Assembly: GCA_050084985.1 (NCBI GenBank)
Contig: JBITNC010000002.1
Coordinates: 24,986,001 to 25,050,000 of the forward strand
DNA from: Nageia nagi
Lineage: Eukaryota; Plantae; Pinophyta
Length of the DNA: 64,000 bases
Direction: 5' to 3'
Shown here: in pieces, positions 28,001 through 40,000 of the stretch
Layout of the letters: each line of letters starts with the position of its first letter
Numbering within the stretch: position 1 is the first letter of the stretch
Notes under the pieces: model-generated
What the model was told of the DNA's origin: nothing
Databases searched by the model: none
The model's input: only the letters and a program-made list of their open reading frames with translations
Position numbers and translations under genes: made by a program

Positions 28001-31000
28001 TAGTCTCGCCAGGTAGTACATATGAAGGTCCAGCCAACCTTACTTCCTCAAATGCTGCCCTCAAGTAAGGTGAGCGTGCAAGATGAAAAGGCAAGGCATG
28101 TGCATAAAATAATCTTCCCATTGCATCATCAGCTCTCTCTTTCTGCTACAAGTTTAATGCTTCAACTATATTTCCTCTTTTTTTGGAGGGGAATGTAGGA
28201 CTTGGCAAGCTAGAAGAGAGTCCAATTTCTTTTTCTCTAACTGATGAGGAGGAGGAAACAATGGAGGCTTGGGTAGATTTAGGAATGGCCGGCCCATGAT
28301 TCCTAAGGTAAGCCTCTTGTGCAAGCCTACTAGCTTCTGCAAACATAAATTTATTCATTTCTTTACAAACCCTCACCCCTGCCCCTTGTTTATCAGTCAA
28401 ATGTGATTCAATCCTAGTATAACTCCCTTTAAATGTGGAGTTACAAATGTGACATTTATAAGTTCTTGCTCCCCCTTCAATCTTTTTCCCAGCATCTAGG
28501 TTTGTGACAAACTGTAACAGTGGTTTTTTACGATTAAATGGACCTTTAGCAAAATGTTTTAACATTGTGTATGGGCAATCAAAGACTGATGTGTTTTCTT
28601 GCTCATTTTCAACTCCCATTTGTGATGTTTCTACCTCATAGCTTTGATTTTCTTCCTCAATATCACTCATCTTGGACTGTTTTTTTTTTTAAAACTACAA
28701 GTAAAGTTTAAAATTTAAACTAAACAAGTAGAGAATGAGAAACAGAAAATTAAAAACCTTGGACTGTGCTAGGTAATTTTCTTCTCCTCCTTGGCTTTTC
28801 TCCACTACACTGTTGAGTTTCTCTTCCTCCCTCCTTGCTCTTTCTCCTCACTGCTGTGTTTCTCTTCCTCCCTCCTTGCTCTTTCTCCTCACTGCTGTTT
28901 TTTTTCTTCTGTTTGCTGTCTTTCTTTTCCTCTTTGCTGTCTTTCGCCTCTACACAAAGACAAATGATAACAAAATCACTTTTAGCCTTTTAGAGGAGCT
29001 TTTTAGGGTTAAAGGGGGTGCAAAGTTAGGTGGAACCCATGTTAGGAGGTTTAAAAAGTTTTTTTTTAAGTGAAAAGTGTTTTTTTTTTAGCTTTAAGCT
29101 CTCCAGCCACGCCAGCCTCTAGGGGAATGTCGGACGTCCCCAGGAATGGTCGGGGAATGGCGGCCGTTCCTTGGCTGTTCCCGGGGACGGCCAGCCGTTC
29201 CCTTGCCGTTCCCGATCAGGGGGACGGTCGGGGAACGTTCCCCCTTCCCCGGGAGCCGTCTCGGGAACGGCCCCCAACCGTCCCCCAAAAGGGGAACGAC
29301 TGGGAAACGTTTCCCAAGGCGTTCCCGTGTTCCCAAAACATGGGAACGTCGGGAACGGCTCCTCCAGGAGGAGGAACGCGTCCCGTGGAACACTGGTTAA
29401 AACCAGTCCTAGTAGCCATACATCCCTCTTCGGGACAGCCAGGAGGTTGTTCGAAGGAGTAAAAACACAAATCAATTATTGTAATCAAACGTTCAACCTA
29501 TTGGAGGAGTCTTTTTCCATTTGCAGAGGTTTTTCAGCTAGATCCATTTATGGTTTGTTTCTTTACATTGTTATTTTCCAGTTATATTTGCAGTAAGAGT
29601 TTTGTGTGGAGAAAAACATAAATAAAAATCAGTATTTTCAAATCTGTGTTTGTGTGTTATTTTCTTGTGTTCAAAAAAATTGTATTTGGGTCACTTCAGT
29701 GGTGTCAGAGCCAAAATCTTGCCAGCCTATGAGTAGATCTAGTAGATCTGACAATTATTCTGAGGAGATTTGGTAGATCTAAATAGATCCAAAAGTATTA
29801 TGAATAGATCTATTGGATCTAAAACTTTTGTGATTGGATCTATTAGATCTGTAGGTTTTATCAACAAATCTGAAAGTTTAAGATCAGATCCAAGGTGATC
29901 TGAAGATTTGAAAAGCAGTTTAAAAAAAACAAAAATCAGTGGATGCCTTAATTGAAGAGGCGAATACCCTAATGAAGAAGTTGGATCTCACATATGTTAC
30001 CAGGAAAGAGATGACAATATTTCGGGAAAGAATTTTAAATACGCCAAAAAGTTTTCAAGAAAGAGTAGGGTTTGATAGATTTGTAAATCTGCAAACCAAA
30101 AGGAAACCTAGTGGAGGTGATAAAAGAGGAGATTGGAGGTCATCTACAACAAGATCTAGATTTGAACCAACTAGATCCATGCTTGGAAAGCTTAGATCTA
30201 CGGATGAAGAGCTTAGATCTGCACTTGAAAAGTTCAGATCTACAAAAATAGTATTGGAGCAGCAGCAAGAGAAGGTAAAAAATGAAAAACAACATGAAGG
30301 TATCATGACCAATGATGTCACTAATGCAGTAACAGAAAAAGATGCCCTAATTTCTGAGGAAGAGGAATTGAAATCAGAAATTGTTGATAAGGAAACTAAC
30401 TTACCACATGCGAAATGTTGCAAAGAAAATGACAGAAAGAAACCAGACATGGATCCTGAAACAAAGGATGATGGACAAACATCAATAGGTGGTGATGCCC
30501 TAGTTTCGGAGGGAACTATAGCTGTAAGTGATTTCTCTCCTTACAACAGTGATTTTTTAGAAAGTTAGATGTTGTCTTGGATCAGCCTACATTTGATGAA
30601 AATTCAAAGTCTGAACTAAAAACACCAGCGAATGCAAACACAAGTCGAACTTTGGACTGTCCAATGGTGAAGCAGAAAAATCAATGTATGGTTCAACAAT
30701 GATGTCAAATTTGATAGTGAGTTCCGTTTCTGATGACTTAAGTATGGAGCCAGAAAAATTATCAAACTCAGGAATGCACTTTGTTTCAAGTCCAAGTAAA
30801 TCACTATCTGATGATTTGCATGGAAGTCAGAAGACAGTTAAAGCTCTTCAACAAACAACCCTAATTCAGGTCTCAGTAAGTTTATCAAAAAATTCAGATA
30901 ACTCATGAGCACAGAAAAGCATTGATTCTTGTGTTATACCTTTTAAGGAGTTCCTTCCATTGAAGGTTGAAAAAAAATTGCAGAGAACAGACCTTCACAG

Positions 31001-34000
31001 TCCCATACATGGCCCACCTATTAAATGGCCACACTGGATATTCTGTCATGAGGAATTCTTAGTGAAAATCTTCAGAAACCTAAGGAAGTCTATGGTTGAA
31101 GAGGAACAAAGAAGACTTTCACGTTTAAGAGATTTGGCCCATCATTCATTATTCTAAAAACGTTTGTCAGGCTTGCTCCGGGTGGTTCAAAGAGGATTGT
31201 GAAGAGAAACCCATTTGTTACACCTTCTGAGAGCATAATTAAAACACAGCAGATCAAGAGAGGTCCTGTGAAGCGGATCATTGCATGTGATATTAACATT
31301 CAAGCGTCATCAAAAGAGAGTGTTCCGGGACTCCTCAAGAATTTTGCAGACCAGTTTTTGGATACAGGTTATAATTTGTTGATGCAGTCTGTCAGGGAAG
31401 ACATTAGAAAAGAGCATCCTGCAATTCAAAACAGTGACATCATTGTATTCTTTGAAGTTGCTCATTTCTCCACAGCATATCAGCGCTGCTGTGTGACCAA
31501 CAGTAAAGGGAGAAGTGGAACATCTGAAGTTAATAAATAAGATGAGAAAGGGAATGATACATTGTTCCGAGGTCTCATTTGTGGCCCTATTGCATGAACT
31601 ATGAATGAAGCTATGTTTGATATGGTTATCTCGAAATGGCATCATGCTTTTGAAGCACTAAATGACACGAATGACCTCAAGATTTTAACGACAGCAGGAG
31701 CTCTTGTAAAGGAAATGATTCACATGTTGGATATGTTTCTCAAAATTTCTCGTAATAGTCCAACTGAGACAGAACAAGAGTCCCGGATTGCAAGGAAACT
31801 TCTTTATAAAGTTTTCTTTGACCAAAGAAATCGAGGAATTACACATACACATTTCCTGCTGATGCTCATAAAGTTTTTTGATAATCATAAGAAGCCTTGA
31901 AGTCACTTGGGCAGATTTGATGTAAATTACTCACATTGTGCTGCGTCTCATGGAGACTATCAAAGAAGCAGATGGAACTTTGAGGGTGCTCAAGAAATCT
32001 CAAAAAGGGAGGAAGGAAAAAAAGATGCCTGGTAATTAATTGGAACAGGTTGCGGAGCAGTCTGGGAATTCAGGGGTCTCATCAAACCCTACCAAAACAG
32101 CAGGTTGAAACAGTTGTGACACTAATGACATGGTAATCGGTGGGGATGCTAATGAGAAGCCAATGGATGAGGCTTCAGAATTTAATGATGAAGGATTGAA
32201 CTCAGAAATGCACATAGATGATGTAGAAGAAAACAGCGATATGTTCAAAATCAAAAGCAATGGGCAAGTCGATCAAAGCAGTGCCTTGGATAACAATGAT
32301 GAATGTGAAGAAGTAGATTGCTTAGAAAACCCTATTGATGGAATTATCAACTCAGAAAATGATGTCACTTGGGAAGGATCAGAAATTCTGCAATATCAAG
32401 CTTTGGTGGATTGCTTGGGGTCAGGAAATTCTGGAGGGGTAGACTTGTAATGTCCCAAATATTTTCCAGCCTTGTATATAATGTGTTTTCGTATTTTTTG
32501 AGTCATCGTAAATCCTAGAAGAGGGACATCTACCCTTGAGGGGTTATTTGAGAGTGTTTGTTATGTTTTATTATCAAAATATGTGTTAGTCATGTTAATA
32601 TATGGGTTAGTAAAGTTAGTCAAAGCTATATCATATGCATTTGGTAAAGTGACATTTTTTTAAGTTATTATTATTATTAGTTATTTTATTTCTTTATTGT
32701 GTGGGTCTCAGGTGAGTTAGTAACTTTAAATGATCTCAACATGAGATTATATCACAACCATAGGATCTTATAAGTATGAGATCTAATCTCAGCCCTCCAT
32801 AGTTAAATCTAAGGTTGGGATTTATTCTCACATTAAGGTGTGAGGTATAAAAGTGTTTTAGGGCTTCATTTGTTGTTGTTGATGTTTTGGATATTATTTG
32901 GAAAATACTCAGTATTCTTGAGCTCTTGGAGACTGCTGAAAGTGTCTCTTAGAGATTTTGGGGTTCTCATTGGACCAAATCCAATGGAGGCTAGTCCAGT
33001 TAGCTTTCTACCCATTGGATCTAACAAATCCATAGTAGGGTTTGTAGTTTGGACATATATTGTGAAGCATAACTGAAGCAAAAGAGCAGATCTACATATT
33101 GGAGTGCAAGTTAGCAAGGTTTTGAGCAGTGATTCAGATAGATCAAACTAGCAAGATGTGATGTCGGCCCTAGGAGGGCCATTTCGCAGCTTAGAAGTGT
33201 TAAAACCAATCCTAGGAGCCATGTATCCCTCTTTGGGACAGCCAGGAGGTTGTTTGAAGGAGTAAAAATGTAGATCAGTTCTTGTAATCAGATGTTCAGC
33301 CTAGGAGGAGTGTTTTTTCATTTGCAGAGGTTTTTCAGCTAGATCCATTTATAGTTTGTTTCTTTACATTGTTATTTTTCAGTTATATTTGCAGTAAGAG
33401 TTTTGTGTGGAGAAAAACATAAATAAAAATCAGTATTTTCAAATCTGTGTTTGTGTGTTATTTTCTTGCGTTTGGAAAAATTGTATTTGGCTCACTTCAT
33501 GTTGATAGTGTGTTTGCATAATACTTTGTTCTTTTGTTTGTAAAGTATATTGTTGGCTGTTGTATAAATGATACAAACATCAATTCAAGCGACACACTGA
33601 CACAAAATATCATCGTGAGAGGTACGCCTGGTACTGCACTTGTTTAAGTGCTAAAATATGTGACAAAACCTAAGAGAGGCTACAGATAAGGTTCCCAAAT
33701 GTTGTTTGATCTTAGTGATTAAAAAACGTTACATTTCTAAAATGAAAATGCTGTTTGACATTTTATTAGATACTGGAGTAGGAAAGATAGGCTAAAAGAG
33801 AGTGCTTTTCACCATTAACATCAATGGTCTTGCAGCTCTTACATGTTTATCATCCACAATGCATTAGAAGTTATATCTCTCCCAGTCTTGCTATAAAGCT
33901 TATGACAATTTGATTCTTATGTTGGGTCATAGCAAGAAAATCACACACAACCGATGAGTAATTGCAGCTCTCAAGTCAATTTGGATCAAATGAGAAACCA

Positions 34001-37000
34001 CAACTCAAACCAATGGTGCTAATAGTCCTATAGAAAGCAACATTGGCCTTCGAATAAGACATGGGGTGTTGTTGTAGGTCCAATTGCCACACCCCTAGTT
34101 CTCAACCCACTGTGGACAAGATTGGGACATAAGCAAATTTCTGGTATTTTTCTGAGATCCCATTCAATGCAACAAGGTAGTGTTCTATTGGGAGCGCATG
34201 GCCCAAGCAATTATTGTTTGTTGGCATGGTTTCAAGCCATTCACTTATCATGAGATGCTAGGTCTCTTCCTTGACAAACCTATGTGTGATATATAATTGA
34301 TCATTCAAGAGCAATAGAAAGATTGGAAGGGTTGCAATATAATGATATGGGTGGATCAATGGAAGTAATAGAACTCTCATCAACTTCCTTCTTTCTTCCA
34401 CGAGGGGTTTGTTTTTTTGAAATTGATGGATTCCTCACTGAATATTAAAAATGTTATATCTCTTGCCAATATAATCAATTAGATCGTCATGGAGGAGGGG
34501 ACAGAAAATGTTGTGCAAATCCTCATTGATTATGCATCCTTCAATATGGCAATAGGGAAAATAATTGAGAAGAGGCATCTTATATTTTTTGGACTCTATG
34601 TGTTGCCTAATTTCTCAATGTCATGCTTAAGGAAATTGAGAAACTTGGCTGCATGAAACAGGTTGTCAAGAGAGTCAAGAATATAACAAATGCATCTAAA
34701 TCACACATGATTACTCGATTTGATGAGGGAATTTACTAAAACAAAGGAGCTTGTTTGACTTGGCATGACTTGTTTTAGTACAAGCTTTATTATATTGCAA
34801 AGTTTGTACAAGTCAAAAGCACCATTAAAGAGTGTTAGTCAATATGGAGTGGACAAGATTTAAACATGTCCATATGCCCAAGAGCGAAAATATGATCCAA
34901 ATGGAGTTTTAAGATGCTTCAAGGAAGGCCTCTTATGAGATCATTCAAAAAATGCTTTTATATTCCTCTTGCAATTTTCAAAGCCCTTGGTGAGAATACT
35001 ATTGTCTCATTGATAAAGGCATTTCTAATGAAATACCATTGGGGTACATTTATGCAGCAATGGGTAGGACAAGGAGGCTATAGGTGTCTTCTATAACTAT
35101 GTGGAGAAAGAGTACACTCTCATTTGGGACATTTGCAGGTGGTCAAATGAGCTACATAATCTTTTGCACACAACAAGCTCAATTTGAACCTCAAGTACTT
35201 TTATGATAAAAAAAAATGTGGTAAATGAGGAGGTCCCAACTAGCCTACATATAACCATTGCATGTATGTTGTCCACTAACAAATTGTGAGACAAAAAACT
35301 CAAAGAATTACAAATTTACAAGGCTAAAAAGGGTTACCTATTTTCTAGTCCTACTTGGATCCTTAAAAAGTACGAATCAACAACCAAGTAAATAGTTATT
35401 ATGAATTTGTAAACTTCATCCTTATTCATTTTTTATTTTCTTATAATGTATTAAATTAATCATTTACATTGCACATGAGCTTTCACATTAGTGCAAGTCA
35501 ATGTCACCATGGACCCTTGTTAGTCGTGTTGTTGATTCATCGAGTGGACTATTTGGATAGAGTTGATAGTTGTCGGTTGAGGATTAGACCTTAACATTGG
35601 AAACATCCACCTATTTGAATGTCCGAGTTTTGCGTGGATCAGTCGTTCGACCAGGCTTGGTTTTCGGAGACCATTATCCCGACTATGTCCTCATAGACCT
35701 TTGTGATCTATTGCCGCAAGGTAGGCTTGGTGTCGGGATGTGTATTCTTATTGTCGCAGGGCTTACTTGGTGTCGGGGCATCACCAATTTAAAATGAAGG
35801 AAAATATGATGGGGAACACTTGCTTAGGCTACAGAATCAGGTGGAATCGAGCTGACAACATATCCTTAAGTGAGGAGGTTTATGTTGGAATGTATAATGC
35901 ATTATTGTAAATGTTTGTATTAAATTTTCTATGTAAGTTCACTGATACTTAAGGGTATCATTTGATACCTTAAGTATTTAAGTGAATATGATAATGTAAC
36001 TTGTCCTACACTCCATGTCATGAGTATGCCCCTTGAGTAAAAGGATGTGCATGTCATGCTTTTGTACATTGGATAAAAGGGTGATCCAATAAAGGATTTT
36101 CGCCTATAAATAGAAGGCTCCCTCTTTGTGCTTACACACCAATTATGGACTAAAGTTATGCTATAGGATAGAAGTGTAGGAGTTGAGATTAGGAGGATTG
36201 TAAGAGAGTTGTATTTGTGATTGAAGTAAAGATCTAATTAGTGAATGTACTCCTAGTTGGAGGAACCACTTTACATATTGAGTTACTTTGTGAGATTGTC
36301 TTATTTGTGAGTTTGTTAGATGTGTATTGTGAGCTTTCAAGAGACCTTGGTTGTTTAGGAATTATCTTGTTAGTGTTAATTCCTTCAATTTGGTATCAGA
36401 GCAACCTTGGAAGCTCTTTTTCACATCCTTGGTGTTGAGGCACTTCATCATCTTTGGAGGTTTACTCTTCTTGGTTGAGGTAAAACAATTTAGAGGTATA
36501 ACCCCTTATCCTTTTTAATAGTTCATTCTTGATACTAACATTCTTTTATGATTATATTAGTTCAACTCTTAACAAATACTGCTTCAATAACATAATATAT
36601 TTTTGCTCTTTTTTTTCCTACTAATAATTTTTTTTGTTAGTGATTGGGCATTAATACATTAGGCAAAATTTGCTATTTTTTTCTCCTCATGAGGTACTAA
36701 CTTTGTTTATATGTTAGTTGCAATATTGATGTTTTTTTTTAATATATATATATATATTTTGTAGTTACACATTTGTGTTGCAATTTTTTTTTCTCACACA
36801 CACACATATATATATATCTTGAAGGTATTTTTTTTCCAAAATACTTTAACTCAAAATATAGCTTTTTTTACAAAGGTTTTTTTTTGAGCTATTTTAAAAT
36901 CAAATTTTTTTACAAACTTGGAATATATATATATATATAAACAAAAAAAAAACACTCCGGCGGCCCCGCCGCCTCGCAGCACCAGCTCTGCACTCCTCCC

Positions 37001-40000
37001 GCGGCCCCGACGCCTCGCAACACCAGCTCTGCACTCCTCCTACCGCCTCGCAACACCAGCACTCCTCCAATTGTTCTTAATTTATGTTTCCTGACATGTA
37101 CACACCGCATTATATTGGTCTGGTTTTGACTTCCAAACAACGAACATTGACATTAAAAATTTCATCTCCTTCCTCCGGTGGTATCCTACTTGGGAACTGT
37201 ACTGAAGCTGCCATGCGCATTGTTGTATATTTTCCGATTTTCATCTGTTCATCAAAATCAAGTGCTCCAGGTATAATATGGAATCCTGTTTCGAGTTTAC
37301 TGTAAGAATTCACCATCAGACGTCCTGGTGTCTCCCAAAACTTTTCTAGATCTATAAGAGACATCCTGCATGAATTTCATCCGCGCAGCAACACTGTGAA
37401 TACCCTGAATCCATTTATTGGAGGGTTGGTGTATGCCCCTCCTCTCTCTTTGAGGGTCCTCCCAATCTGTTCTTCTTGGATTTCCATGTGACCCAGGACT
37501 GGTCACAAATTGGTCTTCTCCTTGTTTTGCAACCCAAGTTGGCCCTTTCAAGAGGATTGGACCCTTCAAATCAAAGCGAAGAACTGAATGAGAAGTTCTA
37601 GTGAGAGCTTGGCCCAATATATTCAACAAACGTACCCCTAGAATTTCACTGTGTTGGCCTTGTAGTGGGGGTGGACTCCATGGTTCCCCAAATCACATTG
37701 CCTGTGTGTAAATGTGTTTGTTGAGGTGGAGTTTGACAACCAGGAGGCCCACCATTGGGATATGGGTAGTTGGGATGAGGGAATGGTTCAGAAATAACTA
37801 GATAAGTGTTCAATAGCATCTGATGCCATGGATATGATTGCTTTGAAGGCTAATTCAAAAGAAAATTTATATGGATGCTCCCTCCTCCACCACCCCGCCT
37901 ACAGCTCCCTCCTGCCGCCGCCTCGCCTGTGGCTCCCTCCTACCGCTGCCCCGATCTACGACCTCCGTCGCTGCTTCGCAGCCTTCTGCCGCACCACCAC
38001 CATGACGTAGTTCCTTTGCTGCCCACCCACCCGCGCCGCCCACGTGGCCTCCTATGCAGCCTCCAAGCATCGCTCGCTGCTCTTGGCTGATCTTTTTTTT
38101 GAGGATCTTAATTTTTTTTTACAGCAACCTTTTTCTTATATCTTGTCTTACTTATGCATAAAGTAAAATGCGAAAGATGCACTTTGTATTTTACTCTACT
38201 CCACCTAGATGCATTAAATTGGCTGACAAATTTAATGTATCTAGGTGGAGTAGAGTAAAATACAAAAGGATGCATTAAATTTGCTAACAAATTTAATGCA
38301 TCTAGCTGGAGTGTGAGTTTTATAATGAATCAAATGGAGTAAGGATTACACCTAAGCTTTTAATATCTTACAAGTAATCATTATTTTTTAATACTTGAAA
38401 GGTGAATCATGAATACTAAGTAAAAATAAAGAATTTTTTAAGTATTCTTACAATGATGGCAAGTTTTTTCAAAATTTTACTTGACATTAAAAGGTAATAC
38501 CAAAAAGTATTTATCATCATCATTGCTTACTAAGTGTTAAAAAATGCATAATTCCTCTTTTATGATAGGTATTTGTTTGCATTTACTTAAAATTCTTTTA
38601 AGTATTCATCATATTGCTTAAAGATCAATTTTAAAGTAAATGGAGGGGGAAATATCTATGAAATTCATTTACTTTAAAATTTTTAGAAACTTAATTTTTT
38701 AAGTTTTATTATGCATGCTTAGGACTTAAATCTTTAAGTTAATGATGCATGCTCCTTATATTTAAATTTAAGTATTGCTTGCTTATGCAAAACAAGGAAA
38801 TGATGCATATTGACTTAATTTTAAAAGCTATGTGAATAATGCATTTTTTTTTTTTTTGCTTAAAATTTAATTTTTTTAATGCATGCTCAAGGACTTAAAT
38901 TTTTTAAGTTAATGGTACATGCTTAGTACTCAACTTTAAATGATGCATACTTAAGATTAATACTTATGCATATTACTTAAAATTTTAAGTTAATAAATGC
39001 ATGCTTAGAACTTAAATTTTTAAATTAATGTTGTATGCTTAGGATTTAATTTCTTAAGTTAAAAGATACATGTTGAGTATTTATCCTTCATGCAAAGACA
39101 ACTTATGCAAATTTTTGAAATTAATACATGCTTATACTTAAGTACTTCTCATTTTTTTTTGCAAAATGAATTTGAGCAAAATATGGACTTGTGTAAAGAT
39201 GTCCTTTAGGGGTTAATAAACAAAACCCATTGAACACTTAGGTTTCAAACTGAATGGATGATGTTTTATTTACTTCATGTTTCGCACTTTGATTTATTTG
39301 CTTATACAAACAAAAACGTAAACATTGATATGAGCAACCCCCTAAAATGAACACATCTGCACGTACATTCCGCAACATGACTTGTTTGGAGAGCCATGAG
39401 GTGAGGACAGGCAGACTGGAGCCTTTAAGTCCGACGATTCAAGTGGTAAAAAGTCTATAATTCTTAATTGACCCTAAGTCCTCTATTGGTCTAGATTTAA
39501 CTCCAATAGGTGTAGTGATACCATATATCCGCACGTCCATTTAGGGATTATCCTAATAACCTAGGAGGACAACTTGAAACCTAATCAAAATTAATAATTT
39601 AGCCGATCTAATAAACGTTGAAACCTTGGAAAATAGTCAGTACTCCTTGTGAGAGTATATTGCTGCCCAAGGGGAACTAGTTGAGGATTGGTAGGACCTA
39701 GGCTTCTATTGTGTGGGCATCCAAATGAAGGCCTAATTTTAGACAAGAAAACATGCCTAAACAATGTCACTCTACATCTACGGTTCTTGAGATGAGAAAT
39801 GTATTTGGGTACATGGGTTATTCTTTGAATTGTAAAACATTTGCACTTATGAATCAAATCAAGCATGTCTTTAATGTTAAATGTAACATGTATTATTTAC
39901 TTGTTTAAAACTTAACATTTAATGTTGCTTATTGAAACCACATGCTTATTATTTCACATTCTTGTGTAGCAAATGGGAGAATCCTTTTTATCCAAACACA

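Larger units (their letters stand above)
25508..29395 (-). mobile_element. hAT-superfamily DNA transposon, full length (3888 bp)
   Basis: 11-bp TIR CAGTGTTCCAC/GTGGAACACTG, perfect 8-bp TSD GTTAAAAC (25500-25507, 29396-29403), dense GGGAAC/GTTCCC subterminal motifs at both ends, internal transposase. Confidence 0.97.
24730..29698 (+). repeat. 5' LTR (24730-25507 + 29404-29698), split by the hAT insertion
   Basis: Colinear with 32446-33499 once 25508-29403 is removed. Confidence 0.95.
24730..33499 (+). mobile_element. Non-autonomous LTR retroelement (gypsy-derived) carrying a captured TIMELESS fragment
   Basis: Two homologous LTRs (TGTAATGTCCC...TCACTTCA), TSD TGTTG at 24725-24729 and 33500-33504, PBS 29700-29712, PPT 32433-32444. 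The 2.7-kb interior has no RT/RH/INT motifs. Confidence 0.95.

Noticed and set aside
29070-29596. Six overlapping ORFs of 84-141 aa on both strands
   Set aside because: They arise from the GC-rich, stop-poor hAT subterminal repeats and have no protein features.
31078-32030. A bona fide nested TIMELESS gene
   Set aside because: Internal fragment only, with several stops, two frameshifts and no introns, enclosed by LTRs.
36391-36402. tRNA gene
   Set aside because: Only the 12-nt PBS complement is present, with no cloverleaf. The same applies at 3566, 29700 and 60714.
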